Of a stretch of DNA of 45,732 nucleotides, positions 45,500-45,732 are shown in pieces (within the stretch, counting starts at the first letter, position 1; each line of letters starts with the position of its first letter). The notes beneath the pieces were generated by a model. That model ran no database searches, was not told where the DNA came from, and worked only from the letters and a program-made list of their open reading frames with translations. The stretch covers positions 1 to 45,732 of the IMG/VR virus record IMGVR_UViG_3300012940_000042; one strand, written 5' to 3'. This DNA comes from a virus (taxonomy: Duplodnaviria; Caudoviricetes). Made by a program: the position numbers and the translations under genes.

Positions 45500-45732
45500 T
45501 GATTTTCTAATATTTATTAAATATGATAATATTTAATAAATATAAATATCTTTTAAATCTTTTAATTAATTATTATTAATATATTTATTAATTTAATTAA
45601 TTAATTATTAATATTTATTAATTTATAAATAATAATGTATAAATATATTATAATACTTAATTATATACTTAAAGATATAGTTGCAAAATGTTATTAGTAG
45701 TTTAATGTAATAATAAGTTAACTTAAGTTTAA
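45500..45732. other. AT-rich tract with inverted repeats, candidate origin/promoter region
   Basis: TTTATTAAATAT-GATA-ATATTTAATAAA (45513-45540) and TTAATTAA runs upstream of the replication operon. Confidence 0.4.

Overview
A very AT-rich (about 25% GC by eye) segment of a tailed phage of spore-forming Bacillota (Bacillus-like host), with a contractile (myovirus-type) tail. Left to right: a non-coding degenerate repeat region (1-530); a minus-strand accessory block of small, often membrane proteins plus ASCH, FMN reductase and IDEAL-domain genes; a host-takeover/sporulation block (four sporulation-type sigma factors, SpoIIID homologue, Rok-like silencer, 3D-domain protein); RNase HI, an AT-only tract, a ~300-nt structured non-coding element, a PC4-like ssDNA-binding protein and PIN-PhoH; a complete packaging/head/tail/baseplate/fibre/lysis module (13.1-38.2 kb); then, on the minus strand, class II ribonucleotide reductase, three tRNAs (Arg, Trp, Asn), primase, DnaB-like helicase and DnaC-like loader. 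No integrase or CRISPR array is visible. The best new signal is a ~95-nt terminator-ended element between terminase and portal that is complementary over 30 bases (12+10+8) to the Shine-Dalgarno and start codon of the tail assembly chaperone gene 8.5 kb away, i.e. a candidate trans-acting phage sRNA controlling tail assembly. Second is the unassigned ~300-nt structured element between RNase H and PC4. All protein calls come from motif recognition and synteny by eye; no database searches were run.
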